Assembly (NCBI GenBank): GCA_964613325.1 | Contig: CAZTGP010000004.1 | Coordinates: forward strand, 23,768 to 87,767 | DNA: 64,000 bases | From: an uncultured Roseburia sp. | Lineage (GTDB): Bacteria > Bacillota > Clostridia > Lachnospirales > Lachnospiraceae | Direction: 5' to 3' | In this document: piece by piece, positions 20,006 to 29,579 of the stretch | How the letters are laid out: every line of letters begins with the position of its first letter | How positions within the stretch are numbered: position 1 is the stretch's first letter | The notes under the pieces: model-generated | What the model was told of the DNA's origin: nothing | What the model saw: only the letters and a program-made list of their open reading frames with translations | The model's database searches: none | Program-made: the position numbers and the translations under genes

Positions 20006-20749
20006 ATGAATGGAATGCGAAGGGCAAATGAGAAAAAGCATAAGACGGTGAGAAAAGCGAAAAGCTTTTGGAATAAATTGAATAAGCGGGGAAAGCGATT
20101 CTTTGGGGGAATGGCTATCATCGCAGTTCTAGTCATTGTATTTCTTGTAGTGAGGATAATCGGGCTGTTTCAGGGAACCACAAGGACAGCATTAGAGAAA
20201 CGAGAGTCAGACATTTTGTCAGAGAAATACATAGAAGAAAGGCCAGAGCTTGATGTTCAGCTTTTGGATGTGAATCCATTTTCCAGACCTGGAGATTCCC
20301 TGGATAAGATAAATGGAATTGTTATACATTATACTGCCAATCCCGGAACCACAGCTCAGAATAACCGTGATTACTTCAATGGCTTGGCGGAGTCTAAGGA
20401 GACCTCAGCCAGCAGCCACTTCGTAATCGGTATGGAAGGTGAGATTATTCAGTGCATTCCCTGTGACGAAATTGCTTATGCATCGAATAATCGAAATGAA
20501 GATACCATAGCAATTGAATGCTGTATTCCAGATGATACAGGCAAATTTAGTCAGGAAACCTATGATTCATTATTACATTTGACCACATGGCTGATGGGAA
20601 GATATGACTTGAAGCTAGAGCAGGTGATACGTCATTATGATATAACAGGAAAGAATTGCCCGAAGTATTATGTGGAGCATGAAGATGCCTGGGAACAATT
20701 TAAGTCAGATCTTTTGACATATATTGACAAAAATGGTGTTACGAAATAA
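20006..20749 (+). CDS. Membrane-anchored N-acetylmuramoyl-L-alanine amidase (Amidase_2)
   Basis: Basic N-terminus plus TM; IVIHYTANPG, ASSHFVIG, IAIECC, IRHYD and GKNCP motifs. Confidence 0.85.
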   Translation: MNGMRRANEKKHKTVRKAKSFWNKLNKRGKRFFGGMAIIAVLVIVFLVVRIIGLFQGTTRTALEKRESDILSEKYIEERPELDVQLLDVNPFSRPGDSLDKINGIVIHYTANPGTTAQNNRDYFNGLAESKETSASSHFVIGMEGEIIQCIPCDEIAYASNNRNEDTIAIECCIPDDTGKFSQETYDSLLHLTTWLMGRYDLKLEQVIRHYDITGKNCPKYYVEHEDAWEQFKSDLLTYIDKNGVTK

Positions 20750-20845
20750 ACTTAACAACCTTGTAAAAGCCTAGTAAATTAGGTATGATAGATAGTAGCA
20801 TTATAATAAGTATTCGGCAGCAAGGCCGACGAGAAGGAGAATTAT

Positions 20846-22324
20846 TTGGATACAATTTTAAAAGAATTGCAGCAGAACACAAATGTAAGAGGTAATTTAA
20901 GCAAGCTTCGACAAATAATTAAAGAAGAAGAGAAGTGTCAGAGACTGAAGAAAGATACCGAGGATGGTAAGTTCTTTATCCAATACCTGGATTCTTTGGA
21001 TGCAAAAACGAGAAAAAATGCAGCACTCTTACTTGGAGAGCTGGCATGCCAGGAGGCAGTGGAACAATTGCTTTTGGGTTATCAGAAGGAAGAGACCTTA
21101 TTTGTGAAGGCGTCCTATCTGAATGCGTTATCGCATCTGGACGTGCAGGAGCATTTGTCCGAGCTAAAAGAGCAGTTGGCGAACCTGATTTCAGATGAGC
21201 CATTGCCAGAGAATAAGAAGCATGTGGACGAGCAGGTAAGGGAGCTCAGGAAGATCGTAATTCGATATGAAGGAATCACACACCATACATTTTCTCCAAA
21301 TGGGAAGCATTGTGAAGCTTTGTTACTGTGTAATCGGGAACAAAGAGAGGCAGTAAGCCGTTCCATCCTTGAAGGGAGAGCAAAGGTTCATCCACTTGGA
21401 GTATTGGTTGAAACAGATGAATTGCAGTTATTGATGAACAATCGTTTGTATCGAGATATGCTGTTCCCAGTTCATACAAAAGGATTACTGCCAGCAGAGC
21501 CTGTTCAGATTGCAAAGGAGCTTTGGGAATCCGATTTATATCAGATTCTTACGCAGCTTCACAAAGAAGGCGGAGAATTCTATTTTCGAATTGAGTGCAA
21601 GAGCCAGATGACTTTGGAGGAAAGAAGCATGTTTTCCAAGAAGCTTTCGGCAGAATTGGAACGTGTCTCTGGAGGAAAGCTTGTGAATTCTACAACGGAT
21701 TACGAGGTGGAGATTCGTCTGATTGCGAATCGCGACGGCGCGTTTTTCCCGGGGGTGAAGCTATACACCATGAATAACAAGCGCTTCGCCTATCGCAAGA
21801 ATTACATTGCAGCATCCATCAATCCATCTACAGCAGCGCTGATTATGGAACTTGCAGAGCCATATTTGGAGGAAGATGCACAGATTATGGATCCATTCTG
21901 TGGAGTGGGAACCATGTTGATTGAACGTAATATCAAGGTTCCAGCAAGAGAAATCTATGCCACAGATACATTTGGAGAAGCTATCGAGAAGGGGCGCGAG
22001 AATGCCCGTCTTGCAGGGGTGAGAATTAACTTCATCCACCGTGATTTCTTTGATTTTAAGCATGAATATTTGTTTGATGAAATCATTACGAACATGCCAG
22101 TACGAGGCAGAAAAACAAAAGATGAAATGGATCAGTTCTATGCTGACTTCTTTCAGAAAGTACCAGAACTGCTTACAGACGAGGCAGTTATCATTATGTA
22201 CACCAATGAAATTGGCTTTGTGAAAAAACAACTGCGTATCCATAAAGAATTCCGACTGATGCAGGAATACTGCATGCAGAAGAAAAATGATTTTTATTTA
22301 CTGATTATAGGGGCAAAGAGGTAG
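20846..22324 (+). CDS. HEAT-repeat-fused SAM-dependent (probably RNA amino-) methyltransferase, UPF0020/THUMP-like
   Basis: N-terminal DAKTRKNAALLLGEL HEAT-like helices; ASINPSTAAL, MDPFCGVGT and ITNMP motifs. TTG start with AAGGAG RBS. Confidence 0.7.
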   Translation: MDTILKELQQNTNVRGNLSKLRQIIKEEEKCQRLKKDTEDGKFFIQYLDSLDAKTRKNAALLLGELACQEAVEQLLLGYQKEETLFVKASYLNALSHLDVQEHLSELKEQLANLISDEPLPENKKHVDEQVRELRKIVIRYEGITHHTFSPNGKHCEALLLCNREQREAVSRSILEGRAKVHPLGVLVETDELQLLMNNRLYRDMLFPVHTKGLLPAEPVQIAKELWESDLYQILTQLHKEGGEFYFRIECKSQMTLEERSMFSKKLSAELERVSGGKLVNSTTDYEVEIRLIANRDGAFFPGVKLYTMNNKRFAYRKNYIAASINPSTAALIMELAEPYLEEDAQIMDPFCGVGTMLIERNIKVPAREIYATDTFGEAIEKGRENARLAGVRINFIHRDFFDFKHEYLFDEIITNMPVRGRKTKDEMDQFYADFFQKVPELLTDEAVIIMYTNEIGFVKKQLRIHKEFRLMQEYCMQKKNDFYLLIIGAKR

Positions 22325-22328
22325 GATA

Positions 22329-24980
22329 ATGGTTTTTTCTAAGGACAATGAGCAAAGTGGCGCAGCCAATGGACTCGTTGATAGGGCGTTATTGCAGAGA
22401 CTACAGAATCATTTCTGTATTGCCAATAATATATATCTTGTCTGCATTGGACGTGACCGGACGAAGATTACGCAGGAACATGGGGATGAAACAGAGATTA
22501 CATTTTTGAAAAGCAAGGCAGACCTGCTGGCGAGAGGCAGTTTGATCAATCGTCTGATTGATAATGGAATCGAAAATGTGATTGAAGATCATTTGGATGT
22601 GGGGTATTTAAAAGCATGCGGAGTTGCTGTAAAGATAGAAAATACGACGCAGCTTGTATGGCTTGCAATTGCGGTAATCGAAGATAAAATCCAACCGGAG
22701 GATGAGATTCCGGATAAAATAATGAGAACAACTGAGGATAGATTCTATAAATCCATTGAATTTTTAGAAGTTCTTTCCAAACAGTTATTTGCAGTTAAGG
22801 TTGAGGAATTGATTGCCCAGGAGGCTGTGCAGGAGAGCGCGAAAGCGCAAAGACAGATGCAGATTCAACTGAATCGAAGTGAAGCGATGACTTCGGTTGT
22901 GAAAATGTTAGAATCAGATAATGGGTTCGTGAAAATTGTGGATGATATTCTGGCGGAAGTCTGTGAACACATGGAGATATCTGGGGGATGTCTGTTACAG
23001 ACCGACAATGACGACCAGACAGTGGATATGATATGCGAATATGTGCAGAACGAAAGTCAAAGACAGATTGAACATATTCAGAATATACCCAAAGCCCAAA
23101 TTCCTTTCTTTAACGGGAAACCATATATGATATCTTCCGATTCCATGATGCCAGAGGCGTTTCATTCATTGTTTCAGAAATTTCATGTGGATGCCGCTGT
23201 GTTCCTTCCAATTGAGATGAATGATAAAGCACCAATGTACCTGTGTTTTTATGAATTCGAACAGAAGCGAATCTGGGAGATGAGCGATATCAAATTCATG
23301 AATGATGTGAAACGCATTATTCAGGGAATCCTGTCAAAACGTATTGCAAAGAATTCTCTTGCAAGCTCTTATGCGTCATTGGAAGCGATTCTTGAGAATA
23401 TCGGATGTGGTATATATGTTCTGGATGCAGAACATAAGAAAATGCTTTATTCTAACCAGAAATTCCGTAAGCTGTTTGAGAATAGTATTGCAAATGGTAA
23501 AATTCAGGAAATTATTTTTAGCGAAAAAGAATTAAAGCGTGAGAGATTCATAGAAGAGACGTATTGCCCAGATGAGGACCGCTGGCTGGATATACATAAG
23601 ACACAGATTGAATGGGTGGACGGACGAAAGGTATCTCTTTGTACAGTCTATGATGTCACAGATAAGAAGCTCTATCAGCAGAAGATCGAGAGACAGGCGA
23701 ACAATGATTTCCTTACGGGCCTTTATAATCGTATGCGGTGCGAGAAGGATTTGGAAAGCTATATTACCCATACAGAGAAGTGTGGTGGCGAAGGCGCATT
23801 GCTGTATATTGATTTGGATGATTTCAAACATATCAATGATGGACTGGGACATCAGTATGGGGATGTATTATTAAAAGCAATCTCTCATAGCCTTCAGAGA
23901 GTAAAAGGAATAGAGACAGCCTGCTATCGTATGGGTGGAGATGAATTCATAATCATTGTTTCAGATTCCAATTTTGCAAGGCTGAAGCAAATCTGCGATG
24001 AGATCCTTGAAATATTTGAGAAGCCATGGTTCCTAAAAGGAAGCGATTATTACTGCACCATGAGTATGGGAATCGCCAAATTCCCAACGGATGCCAACAC
24101 CGTGGAAGAGTTGATAAAAAAGGCAGACATGGCTTTGTTTGAAGCAAAGCGAACAGGAAAGAACCGTATTATGCAATACAATGATAATACAAATGAGACT
24201 TCCTATCACAGACTAGATCTGGAGAAGAACATGCGAAAGGCCACCATGAATTCCTGTGAGGAATTCGAGGTATATTACCAGCCAATCGTAGATGTGAGCC
24301 GTGATGGGTCCCCGTGCTGTGGAGCAGAGGCGTTGATACGGTGGAATTCGGAGAAGATGGGATTCATATCTCCAATGGACTTCATTCCACTGGCAGAGTA
24401 TCTTGGACTGATTAATCCAATTGGAGAATTTGTATTAGAGCAGGCTGCAAAACGTTGTAAGTACTGGAACGATATGGGACATCCAGATTATAAAGTCAAT
24501 GTGAATCTGTCAGTAGTTCAGCTGCTTCAGAACGATATCGTGGATAAGGTAAGAAAGGTGATTGATGAGACACGCATCAATCCGGCAAACCTTACCCTGG
24601 AAGTGACTGAGAGTCTGGCAATCAACGATATGGAGCGCATGAAATTCATCTTAGGCCAGATCAAGGAATTAGGTGTCCGGGTGGCATTGGATGATTTCGG
24701 AACGGGATATTCTTCCTTGAACCATATTCGTGAGATGCCGATTGATGTTATCAAAATTGATCGATGCTTTATCGAGCACGTGGCAGAGGATGATTTCTCA
24801 GATGCATTTGTGAAGATGGTGTCCGAGCTGGCAACAACAATTGGTGTGGTTGTCTGCGTGGAGGGTGTTGAGACTCCGGGGCAGTATGAAGCATTGAAGA
24901 ATCGGAAGGTTCAACTGATTCAAGGCTATCTCTTTGGAAAACCTATGAAGATTGAAGATTTCGAGAAGAAATTCTTATAG
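22329..24980 (+). CDS. Cytoplasmic sensor (PocR-like, GAF, PAS) GGDEF-EAL protein
   Basis: DFLTGLYNR, DLDDFKHINDGLGH, YRMGGDEF, GAEALIRW, EVTES, ALDDFGTGYSSL and VEGVET motifs. Confidence 0.9.
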   Translation: MVFSKDNEQSGAANGLVDRALLQRLQNHFCIANNIYLVCIGRDRTKITQEHGDETEITFLKSKADLLARGSLINRLIDNGIENVIEDHLDVGYLKACGVAVKIENTTQLVWLAIAVIEDKIQPEDEIPDKIMRTTEDRFYKSIEFLEVLSKQLFAVKVEELIAQEAVQESAKAQRQMQIQLNRSEAMTSVVKMLESDNGFVKIVDDILAEVCEHMEISGGCLLQTDNDDQTVDMICEYVQNESQRQIEHIQNIPKAQIPFFNGKPYMISSDSMMPEAFHSLFQKFHVDAAVFLPIEMNDKAPMYLCFYEFEQKRIWEMSDIKFMNDVKRIIQGILSKRIAKNSLASSYASLEAILENIGCGIYVLDAEHKKMLYSNQKFRKLFENSIANGKIQEIIFSEKELKRERFIEETYCPDEDRWLDIHKTQIEWVDGRKVSLCTVYDVTDKKLYQQKIERQANNDFLTGLYNRMRCEKDLESYITHTEKCGGEGALLYIDLDDFKHINDGLGHQYGDVLLKAISHSLQRVKGIETACYRMGGDEFIIIVSDSNFARLKQICDEILEIFEKPWFLKGSDYYCTMSMGIAKFPTDANTVEELIKKADMALFEAKRTGKNRIMQYNDNTNETSYHRLDLEKNMRKATMNSCEEFEVYYQPIVDVSRDGSPCCGAEALIRWNSEKMGFISPMDFIPLAEYLGLINPIGEFVLEQAAKRCKYWNDMGHPDYKVNVNLSVVQLLQNDIVDKVRKVIDETRINPANLTLEVTESLAINDMERMKFILGQIKELGVRVALDDFGTGYSSLNHIREMPIDVIKIDRCFIEHVAEDDFSDAFVKMVSELATTIGVVVCVEGVETPGQYEALKNRKVQLIQGYLFGKPMKIEDFEKKFL

Positions 24981-24997
24981 AAAATATGATAAATATC

Positions 24998-25046
24998 AAA
25001 AAAATAGCGTAATTGTGCATATCATATCACAATTACGCTATTTTTT
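24998..25046. terminator. Bidirectional terminator
   Basis: aaaaaaatagcgtaattgtg / cacaattacgctatttttt long inverted repeat between convergent genes. Confidence 0.85.
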
Positions 25047-25047
25047 A

Positions 25048-25596
25048 TTAATTCTGTTTTAGGAGAAAACGAAGGGCACCCATGCGAACCACTGCGCCCT
25101 GGGTATCAGCGGCATATTCGATGCGCTGTAAGAGCGTCTGCTTCTCAGTGCTGAGAGCTTTTACAAGATAGAATTCCTTTTGGGCAGCAGAAGGAGCCTG
25201 GTGCATAAAGTTAATAACGTCTGGTGTGCTGGAAGAGCCACTGTAGCTTTCACCAAGGACAGGAAGCACATCGGAAGGCTGGAAAATACTTGGAACGATG
25301 GTGTCAATGGCCTTATCATAATCAGCATCCGCCACATCGATTCGGAAGCGAATGTAACAGCTTCCATCTGCCGGCATCTCAGCTGCCAGGTCGCTTATTC
25401 TTACATATCCCCACTTCTTTGCAGCTTCTTCCTCAAGCTTTGGAAGAAGCTGTGCTATTTGAGAATTCAATACATTCACTAACATAGAGAATTTCTGGTC
25501 ATTGGGAAGCCGCATAATCATGCCAATTCCAGGTATCTTTGGAAGCGTAACGTGATCTATATTTATTTCATTGATGTCTACAATTAATCGAAACAT
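25048..25596 (-). CDS. Hypothetical protein
   Basis: 182-aa ORF with AAGGAG RBS, ending at a terminator; no motif recognised. Confidence 0.6.
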   Translation of the reverse strand: MFRLIVDINEINIDHVTLPKIPGIGMIMRLPNDQKFSMLVNVLNSQIAQLLPKLEEEAAKKWGYVRISDLAAEMPADGSCYIRFRIDVADADYDKAIDTIVPSIFQPSDVLPVLGESYSGSSSTPDVINFMHQAPSAAQKEFYLVKALSTEKQTLLQRIEYAADTQGAVVRMGALRFLLKQN

Positions 25597-25715
25597 GTGT
25601 ATTACTCCTTTATCTTTAGGTATTGCAAATCCATTTGAGATAGCGATAACCTATATACCGCAAATACAAAGAACGTGGATTTGCAACTCATTATAGCATA
25701 GAAAATGAGGAAGTT

Positions 25716-26708
25716 TCAATTCCACAAAGCATTTACTTCACAGCATTCATGGTAATACTGTTTGGCGAAGTCCTTCTTTAATTGTACGAATTCCTGTAAG
25801 TCTTCTAAGATGTGATACAAAAGTGCGCGGTTTTCAAATTCTTCCCGGGTAACAGGAAGCGGCTCAGCGTCGAAAGACTGATCAAGGGCATCGAGTCTTG
25901 CAAGAAGACCAATCGCATTGTTGGTTTCGTGGAATTCTGCTGCAATGGCAGTTAGATAATCTGCTATTTTTGCTGCCTGTTCTGGCACCATTACGATTCT
26001 CGTGATATCGGTATAGATTCGTTTCAGCAATCCACACTGCATTTTCCGAAGCCGCATATATTCATAGAAATAATCATGATTTCCGAGAAAATGATTATTG
26101 ATATAATTGCGTGACTGCGTCTCAAGCTCTTGCAGGAGCTGGTCTAATTCTATAAAGCAATTTCCATTATATTCTGATTTATTCTCAATCTGAATGAAGT
26201 GGGCCATACGGGAGAGAATACCTTTCATACGTTCTTCAATCTGGTATTGCTGCTTATGAATGAGCCTGGTGTTATCCGATAGAAAGAGATTAAAGATAAT
26301 GCCAATGCCAGCACCAATGAGAAGAATAAGAAGTTCATTTCCTATCATAGGAAGGGAACAGCTTCCAGAGGAAGCGTAATGCGTACAGAGTACGGCGATA
26401 GGAGCGATGGCTTCCTTCATATCAAGAGCCAGGCAGAGGAAGAGATAAGGAACCATAACAAGCGCAAAGCCTAGAAGATTGTATCCGGTAAGAGGGAAAA
26501 TGAGTAGAGAGAATGCTGTCATTGCAAGGAATATCACAATTCGTTTTACCGTAATCAGTACAGTCTCACGTTTCGTGTCCTGTATGGTTAATAGTGTGAT
26601 GATTCCTGTGGCATATGCATATTCTAAGGAAAGTGCATTCGCTGCGATAATTGCCAGTATGGTTCCAATAAGGAGCTTTGCATATTTGATCCAATATAAT
26701 TTCTTCAT
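25716..26708 (-). CDS. Aromatic acid exporter family (YqjA/YgaE-like) membrane protein
   Basis: N-terminal TM bundle with GIITLLTIQDTKRET; C-terminal LPVTREEFENRALLY. Start at MKKLY behind a GGAG RBS. Confidence 0.8.
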   Translation of the reverse strand: MKKLYWIKYAKLLIGTILAIIAANALSLEYAYATGIITLLTIQDTKRETVLITVKRIVIFLAMTAFSLLIFPLTGYNLLGFALVMVPYLFLCLALDMKEAIAPIAVLCTHYASSGSCSLPMIGNELLILLIGAGIGIIFNLFLSDNTRLIHKQQYQIEERMKGILSRMAHFIQIENKSEYNGNCFIELDQLLQELETQSRNYINNHFLGNHDYFYEYMRLRKMQCGLLKRIYTDITRIVMVPEQAAKIADYLTAIAAEFHETNNAIGLLARLDALDQSFDAEPLPVTREEFENRALLYHILEDLQEFVQLKKDFAKQYYHECCEVNALWN

Positions 26709-26957
26709 AGTTATCTCCATAGTTACGATATAGTTTGCGTGAAAACACATAGAATATGTGCATCTTATAAATTACCTATAGTCTACCATGAAAATAACAA
26801 AATCTATAAAAAATCAGAAGAGAAATCTGCCGGGTTAGAATTTACCATGAATTTACAGAAAATGGGTAGTGGATTTTACACATGGGAAATATGATACATA
26901 TGTGATGAGATGAAAATGAAAAGAAGTTTGCTTAAAAGTGTTATGAGGTGAAGCAAA

Positions 26958-27185
26958 ATGAGAAGAGAAAAAAATATCTGTTTGAAAAATATCAAAGAAA
27001 TTGAAGAGTTCGTAAATGAAGCAGAGCGATGTAGATATCCAATCCATGTAACCTATAAGGATGAAAACATTAATGCGAAATCGTTTCTGGCGATGGTATC
27101 TATGACAATCGGAAAGGAAGTTACTGTTCAATATGAGGCAGCAGATGCGGCTTTGTATGAGACTTTGAATAAGTACTGTATATAA
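26958..27185 (+). CDS. HPr-like protein lacking the His15 equivalent
   Basis: 75 aa; FVNEAERCRYPIHV..INAKSFLAMVSM carries the regulatory Ser motif; no His near the N-terminus; GAGGTG RBS. Confidence 0.65.
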   Translation: MRREKNICLKNIKEIEEFVNEAERCRYPIHVTYKDENINAKSFLAMVSMTIGKEVTVQYEAADAALYETLNKYCI

Positions 27186-27224
27186 AAGGCGCAAGGTGCT
27201 GGTGGATTCATATGGAGGAGTGCT

Positions 27225-27836
27225 ATGAAAAAGCAGGGACATTTACTGGTGACAGGTTATATTGATCACAGAGTAATCTGGTGTCATTTGGGACTTTTGG
27301 CAGGATGCGTGCTGCCGGATTTCCTTTTACCATCGATGATGAAGGGTCATAAGATTGAGGTGTACGGAGAACGCATTTTTGAGCGTATGAGAAAGCTTGA
27401 GCAAGAGGGAACCTGGAATATTAGAAACAGCATCAGGCTTGGATATATCCTTCATTATGTGGAAGATTTCTTTACCCTCGCACATAATGCAAAGTATAAA
27501 GGAAATACATGGGATCACATTCGGTATGAAAATCGACAATATATGAAGTTCGCCCGACATCTCGCACCGGAAGAGCTGGGCATGGAGGTGCCAGAGGAGA
27601 ATGCATATCATTTAGATACCGATAAAATATATGTAGAGGACTTGAGAGAATGGATTATAAAGCAGCATGAGTCCTATTGCAATGAAATATCTGGAACAGA
27701 CACCGATTTTGATTATTTGATGCGGGCAGCGAACATGGTACTGTGGCATTATGAACGTGCATTTGCAACAAACTATATGAATAGAAAATTAAATAAACAG
27801 AGCTTCGCAATGAATCATAAAAAGGCCTTTTACTAA
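27225..27836 (+). CDS. Zinc-dependent phospholipase C-like family protein
   Basis: GHLLVT, GCVLPD, RLGYILHYVEDFFTLAHN and HIRYE metal-ligand pattern. Confidence 0.65.
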   Translation: MKKQGHLLVTGYIDHRVIWCHLGLLAGCVLPDFLLPSMMKGHKIEVYGERIFERMRKLEQEGTWNIRNSIRLGYILHYVEDFFTLAHNAKYKGNTWDHIRYENRQYMKFARHLAPEELGMEVPEENAYHLDTDKIYVEDLREWIIKQHESYCNEISGTDTDFDYLMRAANMVLWHYERAFATNYMNRKLNKQSFAMNHKKAFY

Positions 27837-27849
27837 AGGGTCTTTTTTT
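27819..27849 (+). terminator. Intrinsic terminator
   Basis: Hairpin aaggccttt-tact-aaagggtct followed by a T tract. Confidence 0.55.
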
Positions 27850-27945
27850 GAATCTTAAGGTTTTATGAAGTATCTATCTTTTGAAACAGGCTCTATGGTA
27901 AAATAGCAGCATAGACTTGGTGTCTAGAGAAGGAGGTTCTACAAC

Positions 27946-28614
27946 ATGAAAAAGTATATGAAGCATGCGAACCGAGGACTGCTCTTAACAGCGGTCGTTC
28001 TTGTGATTATGATCATTTATATTATTGTTGATTATATTCAATTCGCAACACAAAAGAGCGCAATTCAGGATGTGGCTAACCGGTATATCGAAGCTGTATT
28101 CGACGCGAATCTGGAGAATAAGGTTCCGGAGACTGCAAAAGACAATTATGCAGGGATTGTAGATCAGTATTTTACAGAGAATTATAATAAGACCTATTAC
28201 CTGAACCATTCATCACTTCAAAGCCAGATCGAACAGGTGATTCAGCCGAAGAGCCCAGTGGCAATTACAGAGGCAGAATGTCAGATAAAGAGTATATCTG
28301 TGAAGAAGAGTGGAACGGGAAGTTCAAATGTGCACATCGAGTATTCTGGAACATTTGTTGGTCGCGGGGATTCCATTGTATTTTCCCCAGGAGGAATCGG
28401 CGTAATGTCTGATTATGACGATATGTTTGGTGGTATGTACTACGAAGATGCGGACGCAGAGAATACCGTGGAAAAGGATTATACGAAAAATTATAACTTT
28501 TCTTATCAGGGAGAAGCGAACATGTCTCTAAAGAAAGAGAATGGTACATGGAAGATTGCCAGTCTAGAGACATCTTATTATAATGCAACATTTGAAGAAA
28601 CAGACGGACAGTAG
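27946..28614 (+). CDS. Membrane-anchored extracytoplasmic hypothetical protein heading an ABC operon
   Basis: One N-terminal TM; AAGGAGG RBS; co-oriented with the ABC genes; ends GTWKIAS, a pattern seen in NTF2-like folds. Confidence 0.65.
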   Translation: MKKYMKHANRGLLLTAVVLVIMIIYIIVDYIQFATQKSAIQDVANRYIEAVFDANLENKVPETAKDNYAGIVDQYFTENYNKTYYLNHSSLQSQIEQVIQPKSPVAITEAECQIKSISVKKSGTGSSNVHIEYSGTFVGRGDSIVFSPGGIGVMSDYDDMFGGMYYEDADAENTVEKDYTKNYNFSYQGEANMSLKKENGTWKIASLETSYYNATFEETDGQ

Positions 28615-28628
28615 GAGGGAGGAATCAT

Positions 28629-29579
28629 ATGAGTACAGCAGTTAAGATTAATGATATATCCAAGAAATATGGTTCTCGAACAGTCCTGAATCATGTGACA
28701 TTTGAGACAAATACAGGTGAAGTGTTTGGGCTTCTTGGACCAAATGGTGCAGGAAAAACAACACTGATTAAGCTGATTACAGGTCTTCTTTATATTGAAG
28801 AGGGCAGTATTGAAATCTGTGGTATGGATTTGGAAACACACTTTGAACAGGCGATGGGCAACCTTGGCGCAATCGTTGAGAACCCAGAGATGTATAAATA
28901 CATGAGTGGATGGCAGAACCTGTTGCAGTATGCGCGTATGCGTGATGGCATCACGGAAGAGCGTATGCATGAGGTGGTTGAGCTTGTGGGTCTTTCAAAC
29001 CGTATCAATGAGAAGGTAGGAAAGTATTCCCTTGGTATGAGACAGAGACTTGGTCTTGCACTTTCTCTATTACATCAGCCAAAGGTTCTTGTGCTGGATG
29101 AGCCTACCAATGGACTTGATCCAGCGGGAATCAAGCAGCTTCGAGACATTATCACTGGAATCGCACACAATGAAGATATCTGCGTTATCGTATCCAGTCA
29201 TCTGATGAGTGAGATGGAGCTGATGTGTGACCGCGTTGGAATTATTGTAAATGGTAATATCATTCGCGTGGATACCATGTCAGGACTGACACATTCTATG
29301 TCAGATAACCAGGTTATGTATGAATATCAGGTATCGGATTCTGCACTGGCCCAGAAGATTGCCAAAGAGAAGACTCCGGATGCCAGAATAGAGTGCACGG
29401 ATCCTATGAATTTTGCAATACATTTTCCAGCAGAAGGGGCAAAGGAGAAGGCATCGGCATTGACCAAATCCCTTGTGGAAGCAGGCGTTGACATCTATGC
29501 CATGACGCCAAAGGAAACACAGAAGCTTGAGGATGCATTTATTGAAATTACAAGTGAAGGAGGAAATCAAATTGCTTAG
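28629..29579 (+). CDS. ABC transporter ATP-binding protein (BcrA/YhcH-like)
   Basis: GPNGAGKTT, YSLGMRQR, VLDEPTNGLD and VSSH motifs. Confidence 0.92.
   Translation: MSTAVKINDISKKYGSRTVLNHVTFETNTGEVFGLLGPNGAGKTTLIKLITGLLYIEEGSIEICGMDLETHFEQAMGNLGAIVENPEMYKYMSGWQNLLQYARMRDGITEERMHEVVELVGLSNRINEKVGKYSLGMRQRLGLALSLLHQPKVLVLDEPTNGLDPAGIKQLRDIITGIAHNEDICVIVSSHLMSEMELMCDRVGIIVNGNIIRVDTMSGLTHSMSDNQVMYEYQVSDSALAQKIAKEKTPDARIECTDPMNFAIHFPAEGAKEKASALTKSLVEAGVDIYAMTPKETQKLEDAFIEITSEGGNQIA

Noticed and set aside
24998-25046. Terminator as a derivative of the 205-bp repeat (shares taattgtg/cacaatta)
   Set aside because: Only ~8 bp of AT-rich similarity, which can be explained as an ordinary bidirectional terminator.
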